64,000 nucleotides of DNA from an uncultured delta proteobacterium. Its GTDB lineage: Bacteria; Desulfobacterota; RBG-13-43-22. The notes beneath the pieces are model-generated. The model searched no databases, was not told the DNA's origin, and saw nothing but the letters and a program-made list of their open reading frames with translations. Position 1 is the first letter of the stretch. Each line of letters starts with the position of its first letter. Where the stretch lies: the NCBI GenBank assembly GCA_963802945.1, contig CAWDKY010000029.1, positions 211,936 through 275,935 of the forward strand. Direction: 5' to 3'. Positions 21,129-31,477 of this stretch are shown one piece after another. The position numbers and the translations under genes are program-made.

Positions 21129-21332
21129 TCACTTCCAGACTTCGATGACCACATCAGGGCACATCTCGGCACAGAGTGCACATCCGGTACATTGCGCATC
21201 CGAAGTTATACAAGCCACGGTATAACCCTGATTGTTCAGCTTATCACTGATGATGATACTTTTTTTCGGGCAGGCCAGAACACAAAGCCCGCACCCCTTG
21301 CATCGTTCTTCTTGAAAGGCTACTTTCGGCAT
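21129..21332 (-). CDS. 2x[4Fe-4S] ferredoxin, oxidoreductase delta subunit
   Basis: CKGCGLCVLACP and CTGCALCAEMCP. Confidence 0.93.
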   Translation of the reverse strand: MPKVAFQEERCKGCGLCVLACPKKSIIISDKLNNQGYTVACITSDAQCTGCALCAEMCPDVVIEVWK

Positions 21333-21444
21333 AGCTATTTCCTATATTGAATTGAAGCTCCTTGTTTCCAAAGGCAAGAGATCTTCCCTATTTGTTTTTT
21401 ATAAAAATGGATCCACAGCCAACCGTTTTTAAACATGGTCCCCC

Positions 21445-22386
21445 TTAACCTTTTTCGGCAGTCAAAAAGGCATCCAAGGACTTCAGGTCTTCGACATTAT
21501 AAGCCTGATAGGCATAATCCCTGGGCAGACATTTTCGAATCAAACCGATGAGGACTTTCTTGGGACCCACTTCAACAAAGCGGGATACCCCCTGGGCCAT
21601 CAGGTTGTTGACCAGTTCCTTCCAGCGGACCGGCTGTCCGATCTGTTGTCCCATGATTTCTTTTATTTTTTTCGGATCGTTTTCAGATTTTCCGGTCACA
21701 TTTAAGAACAGGCTGCACCGGGGAGGATTAAATGGAATGGAGTCCAGCATGTTCTTAAAGGCATCCATAGCCTCCTTCATCAAAGGGCTGTGCCAGGCTC
21801 CGCTGACCGCCAGAGGAATAGCCTTACCGCCGGCTTGAGACACCTGTTGGGAAGCTTTTTCAACCAACTCTTTGGTCCCCGAAATAACAGTTTGCTCCGG
21901 TGTATTATAGTTGGCAGCGCCAATGGCCCCCTCCTGTTTCAGTTTTAATAGGATGGTTTCCAGAGTTTCAGAAGACAACCCCATAACGGCTGCCATGGCC
22001 CCAGGGTATTTCTGGGACGCCTGATTCATCAGGACTCCCCGAACCTTAACCAGCCTCAAGGTATCCTCCAGACCAAGCACCCCGGCGGCATAAAGGGCTG
22101 AATATTCTCCCAGACTATGGCCGGCCACTACCTCCGACTTCACCCCTTTTTCTTCCAAACAGGCCAAAACAGCCAGATTGACGGTAGTAATGGCCGGCTG
22201 TAAATTGACGGTCAAAGTCAGGTCTTCCAAAGGCCCCTCAAAACATAATGCTTTCAACGGCATCCGGGTTATCTCATCCGCTTTTTCAAAAAATTCCCTG
22301 GCCGCAGGGCTTTGGTCATAAAGTTCTTTACCCATTCCGACATACTGGGAACTTTGTCCGGGAAATAAAAAGGCCTTGGGGGTCAT
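21445..22386 (-). CDS. fabD: Malonyl-CoA:ACP transacylase
   Basis: FPGQSSQYVGMG, GHSLGEYSAL, VSGAWHS, EVGP. Confidence 0.94.
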   Translation of the reverse strand: MTPKAFLFPGQSSQYVGMGKELYDQSPAAREFFEKADEITRMPLKALCFEGPLEDLTLTVNLQPAITTVNLAVLACLEEKGVKSEVVAGHSLGEYSALYAAGVLGLEDTLRLVKVRGVLMNQASQKYPGAMAAVMGLSSETLETILLKLKQEGAIGAANYNTPEQTVISGTKELVEKASQQVSQAGGKAIPLAVSGAWHSPLMKEAMDAFKNMLDSIPFNPPRCSLFLNVTGKSENDPKKIKEIMGQQIGQPVRWKELVNNLMAQGVSRFVEVGPKKVLIGLIRKCLPRDYAYQAYNVEDLKSLDAFLTAEKG

Positions 22387-22465
22387 AAAAGTTTTCTCCT
22401 GGCAAATTTTGCTTTATATATAAGGGGAAAACTATTACATTTCAAGAAAAAACGAACAGTGATGA

Positions 22466-22494
22466 TTGACTTTTTTAAATCTTTGGACTATATT
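22466..22494 (+). promoter_or_regulatory. sigma70-type promoter of hpt
   Basis: TTGACT-17 nt-TATATT. Confidence 0.6.
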
Positions 22495-22517
22495 TCCACA
22501 AGAAAGGAATAAAAGCG

Positions 22518-23045
22518 ATGCCATTTCCAGCCAATAAAGAACGCCTATATTCCCAGCGGGAGATCCAGAAAAGGGTCAAAGAACTCGCCCGCTCTATTTC
22601 AAAAGATTATAAAAAAGAGGAATTGATCTTGATCGGAGTTTTAAAAGGAGCCTTTGTGTTCATGTCCGACCTGGCCAGAAATCTCTCCATCCCCGTTAAG
22701 ATGGATTTTGTCCGCCTGGCCAGCTATGGCAGTGGGAGTAAAAGTCAGGGGAAAATCCGATTCACCAAAGCCATTGAACTCCCGATTAGAGACAAACATA
22801 TTCTGGTGGTTGAAGACATTGTCGACAGCGGAATGACTTTGAAATTCCTTCAAGAGTTCCTGAAAAAAGAAAACCCAAAATCCGTGCGGATTTGTGCCTT
22901 GGTTGACAAGAGTGAACGACGGGAAGTTCCGATCACCATTGATTATTGCGGATTTTCCGTTCCCAAAGGATTTATTGTGGGCTACGGGCTGGACTTTGAT
23001 GAACAATATCGCCACCTCCCGGGGCTTTATCACCTTCATTTTTAA
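22518..23045 (+). CDS. hpt: Hypoxanthine phosphoribosyltransferase
   Basis: GVLKGAFVF, VVEDIVDSGMTL, FIVGYGLD. Confidence 0.95.
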   Translation: MPFPANKERLYSQREIQKRVKELARSISKDYKKEELILIGVLKGAFVFMSDLARNLSIPVKMDFVRLASYGSGSKSQGKIRFTKAIELPIRDKHILVVEDIVDSGMTLKFLQEFLKKENPKSVRICALVDKSERREVPITIDYCGFSVPKGFIVGYGLDFDEQYRHLPGLYHLHF

Positions 23046-23080
23046 TCCTTTGTTTTTTTCGATTGGTTAAGGAGGCCTGC

Positions 23081-23872
23081 TTGATTATCCGCTGTGAAAA
23101 GTGTTCTACGGCTTATCAGTTAGATCAAAAACATATTGAACCCTTTGGGTCCAAGGTCCGTTGCAGTCGGTGCGGTCATATTTTTTGGGCTGAACCCCCT
23201 TCTCTTTCAGAAGCCCTTGATTCCCAGAAATCAACTCCGGACCAGGAGCCTTTCCTGGAGATTGGAGATGAAGAAGGATTGGTGGCCAGGCAAATGCGAC
23301 CGGTCCGGAAAACCCTTTGGACTTTGATAACCGTTGGAATAATCCTTTTGGTTGCCATAGCTGCCCGCTTTTTCTATATTCAATATCTGCATCCCAGTTG
23401 GAGTATGGGCGATACCTGGTCAAAGGTTTTTTTTCTTCCGGCGGATCCTGATGGAATCCAAAAAATAAGTCTGATCAATGTCAAAAAATATTTTAAAGAG
23501 AATGAAAAAATAGGCCGGTTTTTTGTCATCGAGGGGGAGATCAAAAACGGCTATCCAACTATCCGACAAAGGATCAGGATCCGAGGCGCACTGAAAACAG
23601 CCGAAAATAAAGTAGCTCTCTCTCGTGAAGTCTTTGCCGGCTGGACTTTGACCCCCGAAGAATTGGAAACCCTTTCTTTTGAAGAAATCGACCGGCTACG
23701 TTCAACCCAACCCGAACGGTTTTCCAGCAATGTCCGGGTCTTACCAGGTAAAACGCTTCCTTTTATGATCCTTTTTCCGGCTCTGCCTCCTGGTTCGACC
23801 CAGGTCTCCATAGAAGTTGTCGGTTCCCAAAAAAATCAATCTCTCTCATTCCTTAACTTATTTTTAGGGTAA
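23081..23872 (+). CDS. MJ0042-type zinc-ribbon / TM / DUF3426 protein
   Basis: CEKC...KVRCSRC, one TM segment, FVIEGEIKN, PFMILF; SD AAGGAGG before TTG. Confidence 0.85.
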   Translation: MIIRCEKCSTAYQLDQKHIEPFGSKVRCSRCGHIFWAEPPSLSEALDSQKSTPDQEPFLEIGDEEGLVARQMRPVRKTLWTLITVGIILLVAIAARFFYIQYLHPSWSMGDTWSKVFFLPADPDGIQKISLINVKKYFKENEKIGRFFVIEGEIKNGYPTIRQRIRIRGALKTAENKVALSREVFAGWTLTPEELETLSFEEIDRLRSTQPERFSSNVRVLPGKTLPFMILFPALPPGSTQVSIEVVGSQKNQSLSFLNLFLG

Positions 23873-24877
23873 ATGCGGTTCACTACCCGTTTCATTTTCG
23901 ACCTAATTATTTTTTCCTTAATACTTATTGGGGGTTGTATCGGGTTTATGGTCATCGAAGGCTGGGATGGCCTGGAAGCCTTATATATGACGGTCATCAC
24001 TATTACCACTGTGGGTTTTCAGGAAGTCCACCCTTTAAGCCGAGGCGGGAGAATTTTTACTATGTTTCTGATCTTCTCCGGGGTGGGATTTATGTTTTAT
24101 TTTCTGGGTAGTTTAGCCAGGATGATGGTGGAAGGAACCATAAAAGATATTTTCGGGAGGAGAAAGTTGGAAAAACAGATCAGCCAAATCAGCGGACACT
24201 ATATTATTTGCGGTTTCGGCCGCATCGGCCGGACCGTAAGCCAGCTTTTGACGGAGAAACCGATAGAAGTGGTCGTTATTGAAAAGGACCTCGATACTAT
24301 CCCCATCTTTCAAGAAAAGAAAATGCTATATGTCATAGGGGAGGCCACATCGGAAGAGAATCTACTCAAGGCAGGTATTGTACGGGCCAAGGGGCTGGTG
24401 GCTGCAGTTTCTTCCGATGCGGATAATGTTTATATCTCTTTGACGGCTCGCGGACTGAACCCTGATTTATTTATTTTGGCCCGAGCGGCGGAAGAATCTT
24501 CCATAACAAAATTAACCCGGGCCGGAGCCGACAAGGTGATCTCACCTTATGAAATCGGGGCCCGCATCATGGCCAATAGAATCCTGCGCCCCACGGTCAT
24601 TGATTTTATTGAACTGGCCATGCACAATCACAATCTGGACCTCCAGATGGAAGAATTGACTGTGGGGGAACAATCCGAAATCAAAAACCTGACCTTGATG
24701 GAATCGGACATCCGTAAAAATTATGACCTGATCGTGGTGGCTATCAAGAAAAAATCAGGGGAAATGATTTTCAATCCTTCTTCCCAGGCCAAGATCCAGG
24801 TTGGGGATATATTGGTCGCCTTAGGGGACCGGAAAAACCTGACCCTCCTGGAAAAGAAATTGGGGATTATAACATAA
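23873..24877 (+). CDS. Potassium channel with TrkA-N/TrkA-C (RCK) domains
   Basis: TITTVGF selectivity filter, CGFGRIG, TrkA-C tail. Confidence 0.92.
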   Translation: MRFTTRFIFDLIIFSLILIGGCIGFMVIEGWDGLEALYMTVITITTVGFQEVHPLSRGGRIFTMFLIFSGVGFMFYFLGSLARMMVEGTIKDIFGRRKLEKQISQISGHYIICGFGRIGRTVSQLLTEKPIEVVVIEKDLDTIPIFQEKKMLYVIGEATSEENLLKAGIVRAKGLVAAVSSDADNVYISLTARGLNPDLFILARAAEESSITKLTRAGADKVISPYEIGARIMANRILRPTVIDFIELAMHNHNLDLQMEELTVGEQSEIKNLTLMESDIRKNYDLIVVAIKKKSGEMIFNPSSQAKIQVGDILVALGDRKNLTLLEKKLGIIT

Positions 24878-25052
24878 TCCCTTTTCAAAGAATTTTAGAA
24901 GCTGGAATCCGGTAGACAGTATTTAGAATAAATCAATTATACGATCTGAATTTATAATTCCGTATTTTGAATCCTGGATTCTTATCGTCACAAACTAAGT
25001 CATCCCTGTTTATTATTTAGGAAAACCCCAAACAGTTAAAGGTGTCTATTCA

Positions 25053-26234
25053 ATGTCCGGTCCGCTTTTGGGTTTAAAGATATTAGACTTTACCACCTTA
25101 TTGCCCGGTCCTTATGCCACCATGATGCTGGCCGATCTCGGGGCCGATGTACTCCGGGTTGTGTCCGGCTCTCGCCCGGACTTAACCAGCCTGATGCCTC
25201 CTTTTATCGAAGGGACAGAGATTTCCGCCGCTTCGGCTTATTTAGGTCGCGGCAAACGTTCCATGAACTTGAATTTGAAAGATCCGAGAGGCGTCCGTAT
25301 CGTCCATCAACTGATTACCTCTTATGATATTTTAATTGAGCAATTTCGTCCGGGTGTCATGGCCAATTTCGGTCTGGATTATCCCAGCCTGAAAGAACAT
25401 AATCCGTCTCTCATCTATTGCTCCCTGACCGGCTATGGTCAAACCGGTCCCCTGACCGGTCGGGCCGGACACGATATCAATTATCTTTCCCGATCCGGCC
25501 TCATGTCCTATTCGGGCCGCAAAGACACCGGGCCGGTTCTGACCGGAGTGCAGATCGCCGATGTCGCTTCAGGGTCCTACAATGCCATCATCGGCCTTTT
25601 GGCTGCGATCATTGCCCGTCAGACCACAGGGAAAGGCCAGCAGGTTGATATTTCCATGACCGACGGCGTGATCGCCTTTAATGCTTTAGTGGGTGCCTCA
25701 TTTCTGATAGACGGCCAAGAACCGGGACGGGAAGGCTATATTTTAAGTGGTGGCTCTTTATATGATTTTTATGAAACAAAGGATGGACTTTTCATCAGCT
25801 TTGGCGGTCTGGAACCTCAATTTTTTGCCGCCTTTTGTCAGGGTATCGGGAGGCCCGACCTGATCACGGGTGGCGTCCTCCCTCCGGATGTTTATCAGGT
25901 CAAACAAGAAATACGCCAGATCATAAAAACCAAGGCACGGGATGAATGGACTGCAATTTTTCAGCAATGGGATGCCTGTGTAGAACCGGTATTGACTTTG
26001 GCCGAGGCCCTGAACGATCCCCTGGTTCGGGAGAGAGGAATGGTCGTCTCGCTTTCCCTGCCCGGAGGGGGCCAGGTTAAGCAGTTAGCTCATCCTATTA
26101 AATTTTCTGAGACCCCTTCGCAATATGACCAAGTGGGTTTACCGGCTGGAACCCATACCCGGGAGGTCCTGTTGGAACTCGGGTATACCGAGCAGGAGAT
26201 AAAGGAATTTGAAGAGACGGGATTGTTTACCTGA
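25053..26234 (+). CDS. Class III CoA-transferase (CaiB/BaiF)
   Basis: LLPGPYATMMLADLGA, EQFRPGV, GYGQTGP, GHDINY. Confidence 0.93.
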   Translation: MSGPLLGLKILDFTTLLPGPYATMMLADLGADVLRVVSGSRPDLTSLMPPFIEGTEISAASAYLGRGKRSMNLNLKDPRGVRIVHQLITSYDILIEQFRPGVMANFGLDYPSLKEHNPSLIYCSLTGYGQTGPLTGRAGHDINYLSRSGLMSYSGRKDTGPVLTGVQIADVASGSYNAIIGLLAAIIARQTTGKGQQVDISMTDGVIAFNALVGASFLIDGQEPGREGYILSGGSLYDFYETKDGLFISFGGLEPQFFAAFCQGIGRPDLITGGVLPPDVYQVKQEIRQIIKTKARDEWTAIFQQWDACVEPVLTLAEALNDPLVRERGMVVSLSLPGGGQVKQLAHPIKFSETPSQYDQVGLPAGTHTREVLLELGYTEQEIKEFEETGLFT

Positions 26235-26246
26235 AGGGACGAATGG

Positions 26247-26813
26247 ATGAATACACATATACCGGATCGTGAAGAGGCCTGGATATTACTCCGGCAATAC
26301 AACCAAAACGAAGCCCTGATCCACCACGCCCTGGCCGTGGAGGCAGCGATGCGCTATCTGGCCCGAAAAAGGGGGGCCGACGAAGAACAATGGGGGGTCA
26401 TCGGCCTGATCCACGATCTGGATTATGAGAAATTCCCGGAGCAGCATTGTCATAAAACCAAAACCATTTTGGAGGAACAGGGCTGGCCTGAGGATTATGT
26501 CCGGGCGGTCATCTCTCATGGCTGGGGTTTATGCAACGACGTGGGGCCGGAAACGGATCTGGAAAAATGCCTTTACACCATTGACGAATTAACCGGTCTG
26601 GTCACGGCCGCCGCTCTGGTTAGGCCATCCAAAAGCGTCCTGGACCTGGAGGCCAAATCGGTCCTGAAAAAATGGAAGCAGAAAAATTTTGCCGCCGGGG
26701 TCAACCGGGAGGTCATCGAAAAAGGCCTTCAAATGCTGGGGATAGGTTTGGAGGAACTCATCCAGGATGTCGTCATGGGCATGCGGGAAGTAGCCGGAGA
26801 GATAGGGTTGTAA
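26247..26813 (+). CDS. HDIG-type HD-domain phosphohydrolase
   Basis: HALAVE, LIHDLDYE, DELTGL, RPSKS, FAAGVNR. Confidence 0.9.
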   Translation: MNTHIPDREEAWILLRQYNQNEALIHHALAVEAAMRYLARKRGADEEQWGVIGLIHDLDYEKFPEQHCHKTKTILEEQGWPEDYVRAVISHGWGLCNDVGPETDLEKCLYTIDELTGLVTAAALVRPSKSVLDLEAKSVLKKWKQKNFAAGVNREVIEKGLQMLGIGLEELIQDVVMGMREVAGEIGL

Positions 26814-26852
26814 GAATAGGATCATCGGCAAAAGCATTGCCGATGATCGAAG

Positions 26853-26925
26853 GATTCGAGGATTCAAGGGGCCAAGGATTCAAGGGAAAGGCGTGGAGGT
26901 AAAACCACTCGAACCCTCGAATCCT
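26853..26925. repeat. Inverted array of 8-mer repeats (GATTCAAG / CTCGAATC)
   Basis: GGATTCGAGGATTCAAGGGGCCAAGGATTCAAG ... CTCGAACCCTCGAATCC. Confidence 0.75.
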
Positions 26926-26999
26926 ATTTCCGTATAAAAATAGCCAAGGATAAATCACGCTCGAAATCGTGAATTTAAAACTTCCAATGGAGATTTATT

Positions 27000-27869
27000 A
27001 TGAGCTGGGTTGTGATCGACGAAGAAAACTGTACGGGATGCGGTATCTGCGCCGTCAGATGTCCGAGATGTTACACCAACAATAGAGGAGAAATTACCAC
27101 GGATGCTAATGAGGAGACCTGTATCCTCTGCGGACACTGTGTGTCTCTTTGCCCGGCCGGGGCCATCACCCATTCGAAATTAAGGCCGAAAGACTTTCTG
27201 GGAATCACCCAAAACACCCAACTGGATACGAATACATTCATCCATTTTCTCAAGGAGCGGCGCAGCCACAGACATTTCCTCAAAAAAAGGGTCCCTAAAA
27301 AAGAGCTGGAACTCCTGATGGAGGCTTGCCGGTGGGCGCCGACGGGAAGCAATGTTCAGAACGTGGAAGTCATTGTCTATACGGATCCGGAGAAAATCTC
27401 AAAGTTATCCGATTTGACTATTGAGTATTTCTCCTGGATCGGAGAACGAGTCAAGAAAAAAATTGCCAGGCTTGAAGCCGAAGGCCAGCAGGATACTCCG
27501 GACTATAAGATGACCCTTCGTTTGCTCGGGCTCGGGGAACGGATGGCTCGTGACAAAAAATCCGGTCGGGATCCGATTTTTTACCAGGCCCCTGTTCTGA
27601 TGATTTTTCATTCTCCTGTATTGACCAGCGCCCCTAAGGATAATTGCGTCCTGGCCGCCCAGACCGTGGCCCTCACTGCCCGGACCATGGCCTTGGAATC
27701 ATGCTTCATAGGCGTTACGGAAGCGGCGGCCGAATATTATCCGCCCTTGAAAGAGGAACTTAAACTTCCGCCGGACCATAAGGTGTTTGATATGATGATT
27801 CTGGGGTATCCCAAACTGAGATTCTTAAAAACCGTGCCTAGAAAACCCATTAAGGTCAGGTGGGAATAA
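27000..27869 (+). CDS. Nitroreductase with N-terminal 2x[4Fe-4S] ferredoxin
   Basis: CTGCGICAVRCP, CILCGHCVSLCP, RRSHR, APTGSN. Confidence 0.92.
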   Translation: MSWVVIDEENCTGCGICAVRCPRCYTNNRGEITTDANEETCILCGHCVSLCPAGAITHSKLRPKDFLGITQNTQLDTNTFIHFLKERRSHRHFLKKRVPKKELELLMEACRWAPTGSNVQNVEVIVYTDPEKISKLSDLTIEYFSWIGERVKKKIARLEAEGQQDTPDYKMTLRLLGLGERMARDKKSGRDPIFYQAPVLMIFHSPVLTSAPKDNCVLAAQTVALTARTMALESCFIGVTEAAAEYYPPLKEELKLPPDHKVFDMMILGYPKLRFLKTVPRKPIKVRWE

Positions 27870-27900
27870 CAATCAAAGAAAATAGCCATAGGAGGATGCC

Positions 27901-28965
27901 ATGAAAGTACTGGCCCTAAATTCCAGTGCCAGAGTCGGGGATGTGAGCAAAACAGAAATTATGCTGGACTGTCTGGTCCATGGGATGCGTGAGGCCGGGG
28001 CCGAAGTAGAAGTCATTAACCTGCAAAAAAAGAAAATCAGATACTGCAGCGGATGTTTCACCTGCTGGACCAAAACTCCCGGTCTGTGCATTCACAAAGA
28101 TGATATGACCAAGGAAATCTTTCCCAAATGGTTAGCCTGCGACCTGTGTGTGCTGGCTACCCCCCTTTTTCATTATACCATCAATGCCCTAATGAAAACC
28201 TTTATCGAAAGAACCCTTCCGGCCGCCTTGCCTTTTTTCGTGGAAAGAGACGGGGTCACAAGGCATCCTCGTCGGTACGAATTGCCTTTGGTGGCTGTAA
28301 TTTCCGTGGCCGGGTTTCCCGAGGAAAGTGTTTTCGATCAGCTCAAGCCTTATATAAACTTCTTATTCAGAGACCGATTGGTAGCTGAAATTTATAGAAC
28401 CTCGGCGGAAATCCTTCGAGCCGACACCAAGAACGAAAAACTAAGGGACATCCTTGCGGCCACAATCCAGGCGGGAAAAGAATTAGTTAAAACTGGAAAA
28501 ATTTCTCCGGAGACCATGGAAAGGATCAAAAACCCCATAACCGACTTCAAAAAAATGGCACCGATTGGAAATTGCGCCTGGCAAACCTGTATTGACGAGA
28601 GAGTTACCATGGGAGAATTTCAAAAACGGAATATGGTGCCCCGTCCCGATTCGATTGGAACATTCCTGGCTATCATGAAGATGGCTTTCAACCCCACAAA
28701 GGCTGGAGATGCCAAAGTGACCATGCAGTACAACTTCTCCGGCCAGGTGGAAGGCCGCTGTTATTTTTCCATTGAGAATGGAGAATTAAAGGCAGAGGAG
28801 GGGCAAATTGCCAACCCTGACTTGACTATTGAAACACCTTTTGAAGTTTGGATGGATATCCTTACCGGTAAAGCCGAAGGGGCTCAGATGCTGATGGACG
28901 GCAAATATTCAGTCTCCGGCCAAACAGACCTGCTTCTCAAAATGAACCAATTCTTCGGGGAATAA
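27901..28965 (+). CDS. Iron-sulfur flavoprotein/FMN-reductase domain fused to a C-terminal SCP2 lipid-binding domain
   Basis: NSSAR..SKT, CSGCFTCW..TPGLC..KDDM; C-terminal PDLTIET..W..ILTGK..GAQMLMDGK. Confidence 0.82.
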   Translation: MKVLALNSSARVGDVSKTEIMLDCLVHGMREAGAEVEVINLQKKKIRYCSGCFTCWTKTPGLCIHKDDMTKEIFPKWLACDLCVLATPLFHYTINALMKTFIERTLPAALPFFVERDGVTRHPRRYELPLVAVISVAGFPEESVFDQLKPYINFLFRDRLVAEIYRTSAEILRADTKNEKLRDILAATIQAGKELVKTGKISPETMERIKNPITDFKKMAPIGNCAWQTCIDERVTMGEFQKRNMVPRPDSIGTFLAIMKMAFNPTKAGDAKVTMQYNFSGQVEGRCYFSIENGELKAEEGQIANPDLTIETPFEVWMDILTGKAEGAQMLMDGKYSVSGQTDLLLKMNQFFGE

Positions 28966-29102
28966 TCAGGAGAGAGACAGGACCGGACCAAGAATCTCGG
29001 TTTTTCTTTGGCGGCTGAATTCGTCCATAAAACTGGTGGTTTAACCATACGGTTAAAAAAAACATTCGATCAAAGAAGGGTAAATCTGTTCAGCAGGAGG
29101 GA

Positions 29103-29801
29103 ATGATCATGCAACTGATATTCATTCATGGTTCCGGAGGCAGCAAAGAATCGTGGTCTTACCAAACCCAATATTTTAAAGGCAGTATAGCCTTGGATCT
29201 TCCGGGCCACTCGGAAGGAGAACTTATCCCAACTATAGATGGCTATTGCGAATGGCTCCGGGGATTCATTCAGGATGCGGGATATCGCCGGGTCGTTCTC
29301 GTTGGCCATTCCCTGGGTGGAGGGATAGCCCTGTTGTATGCGGTGAAATATCCTCAGGATGTGGCCGGCCTGGTTTGCGTGGGCAGCGGTGCCCGGCTCC
29401 GGGTCCACCCTATGTTCCTCGAAACGTTGGAAAAGGCCGTTATTGATCCTTCTCAATTCGAAAAAACGCCTAACCCCGCCTATGACCTCGTCGACCCTGA
29501 ATTAAAGGCTGTTCTTAACCGCCGGTACCTGGAAAACGGACCGGCGGTAACGCTCAATGACATGAAGGCCTGCGACCAATTTGATATCATGGAAAGAATC
29601 GCTGAAATCAACATCCCCACCCTGGCCCTGTGCGGAGACCAGGATGTTATGACTCCGCCCAAATATTCTCTTTATCTGGCTGGCCACATGCCCAAAGCCA
29701 AGGCCTTGGTCATCAAAGGCGGCACCCATATGGTGTTTGCGGAAAAACCGCTGAAGGTGAATCGAGCGATTGATGAATTTCTTCAAACCATCGATGGATA
29801 A
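29103..29801 (+). CDS. Alpha/beta hydrolase
   Basis: IHGSGG, DLPGH, GHSLGG, GDQD, THM. Confidence 0.9.
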   Translation: MIMQLIFIHGSGGSKESWSYQTQYFKGSIALDLPGHSEGELIPTIDGYCEWLRGFIQDAGYRRVVLVGHSLGGGIALLYAVKYPQDVAGLVCVGSGARLRVHPMFLETLEKAVIDPSQFEKTPNPAYDLVDPELKAVLNRRYLENGPAVTLNDMKACDQFDIMERIAEINIPTLALCGDQDVMTPPKYSLYLAGHMPKAKALVIKGGTHMVFAEKPLKVNRAIDEFLQTIDG

Positions 29802-29933
29802 GCCAGCTTTTACCAAGGCGATTCTTTGCTATCTAACCATTTCCTGAATTTCCAAAAACAGATGGATAAGATACTTAGAAATCTTCCCCAAGCAGCCTTG
29901 CATTTTTAGGCTGATCTAAGTAGACTACAGATA

Positions 29934-30635
29934 ATGAATTATCAAAAAACTAAAGCAGTTGTTCTCTTAAGCGGCGGCCTGGATTCCTCCACAACTTTAG
30001 CCGTGGCTAAAAGCCAGGGTTATGAACTTTATGCCTTAACCTTTCGATACGGCCAACGTCATCAAATAGAAATCGAGGCCGCCAAACGTATTGCTCACTA
30101 TTTCCAGGTGGCCCAACACAAGATATTTGATGTGGACTTAGGCAGCTTCGGCGGTTCGGCCTTAACAACTGAGATTGAAGTACCGAAAGATCGTGGATTG
30201 GCTGAGATCTCAGCGGATATCCCGAGTACTTATGTACCGGCACGCAATACCATCTTTCTCTCCTTGGCCCTGGCTTGGGCCGAAGTGTTGGGGGCTATTG
30301 ATATTTTTATTGGTGTCAATGCCTTGGACTACAGCGGCTATCCCGATTGTCGGCCGGAGTTTATTGAGGCCTTTGAGACCATGGCCAATCTCGGCACTAA
30401 GGCCGGCGTGGAAGGGGTGAAAATAAGGATCCACACTCCCCTGATTAATTTGAGCAAGGCCCAGATTATTAAAAAGGGCCTGGAATCAGGGGTTGATTTC
30501 AGTCTGACCAGTTCCTGTTATGATCCGTCTTCGGAGGGAAAAGCCTGCGGGAGGTGTGACGCCTGCCTGCTGAGGCTCAAGGGATTCGCAGAAGCGGGAA
30601 TTAAGGATCCGGCCCTATATGAGTTATTCGATTAA
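29934..30635 (+). CDS. queC: 7-cyano-7-deazaguanine synthase
   Basis: [35 protein letters not shown]. Confidence 0.96.
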   Translation: MNYQKTKAVVLLSGGLDSSTTLAVAKSQGYELYALTFRYGQRHQIEIEAAKRIAHYFQVAQHKIFDVDLGSFGGSALTTEIEVPKDRGLAEISADIPSTYVPARNTIFLSLALAWAEVLGAIDIFIGVNALDYSGYPDCRPEFIEAFETMANLGTKAGVEGVKIRIHTPLINLSKAQIIKKGLESGVDFSLTSSCYDPSSEGKACGRCDACLLRLKGFAEAGIKDPALYELFD

Positions 30636-31260
30636 AGAAATTTATTACACCCTTCAAGGTGAAGGGGCACAAGCAGGTCGCCCAGCCGTATTTTGCCGTT
30701 TTGCCGGCTGTAATCTCTGGTCCGGCAGGGAGGCCGATCGCCCAACATCATCTTGCCGATTTTGTGATACCGATTTTGTGGGGACAGATGGGCCTGGCGG
30801 TGGTAAATTTGAAAACCCAATGGATCTGGCCAAAGCGGTGATGGATAAATTTCCTGCAGGGGTATCCAAAACACTGCGACCTTTTGTCGTCTGCACCGGC
30901 GGTGAACCTTTGCTTCAACTGGACAAAGCTTTGTTGGATGCTTTTCATGGTCTCGGATTGGAAATAGCTATTGAAACCAATGGTACCCTTCTAATGCCTG
31001 CTGGAATTGACTGGATTTGTGTCAGCCCTAAGGCTGGGGGCGAATTAAAAATCAAATTTGGTGATGAGTTGAAATTGGTTTTTCCCCAAGAGGGAACGGA
31101 ACCAACGATTTTTGAATCTCTTGATTTTAAAAATTTTTTTCTTCAACCCCAAGACGGTCCCGATATTAAAAAAAATATCCAAGAGGCAATCCGATATTGT
31201 CTCGAACATCCCAAGTGGCGTCTCAGTTTACAACTGCACAAAATAATCGGACTTCACTGA
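30619..31260 (+). CDS. queE: 7-carboxy-7-deazaguanine synthase (CX14CX2C radical SAM type)
   Basis: TLQGEG, GCNLWSG...[27 protein letters not shown]. Confidence 0.95.
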   Translation: MSYSIKEIYYTLQGEGAQAGRPAVFCRFAGCNLWSGREADRPTSSCRFCDTDFVGTDGPGGGKFENPMDLAKAVMDKFPAGVSKTLRPFVVCTGGEPLLQLDKALLDAFHGLGLEIAIETNGTLLMPAGIDWICVSPKAGGELKIKFGDELKLVFPQEGTEPTIFESLDFKNFFLQPQDGPDIKKNIQEAIRYCLEHPKWRLSLQLHKIIGLH

Positions 31261-31365
31261 TTGGTTTCCATCAGGGAATCTCTTGTACGGTTGAGTACTC
31301 ATAAAATCGAGAAGAATTATCATGGACCACATAAATTTTTATAAATAAAGGGCAGACTCAGTGAT

Positions 31366-31434
31366 GTCATGCCGGACTTGATCCGGCATCCAGGGAATGC
31401 AAAGACTCTGGATTTCGGCTTTCGCCGGAATGAC
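31366..31434. repeat. Palindromic GTCAT...ATGAC repeat, related to the core of the 18951 MITE
   Basis: GTCATGCCGGACTTGATCCGGCATCCAG ... CTGGATTTCGGCTTTCGCCGGAATGAC. Confidence 0.75.
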
Positions 31435-31477
31435 CTATGGACATTCATTTTTTACTTCCATTATAGAAAGAGACATC

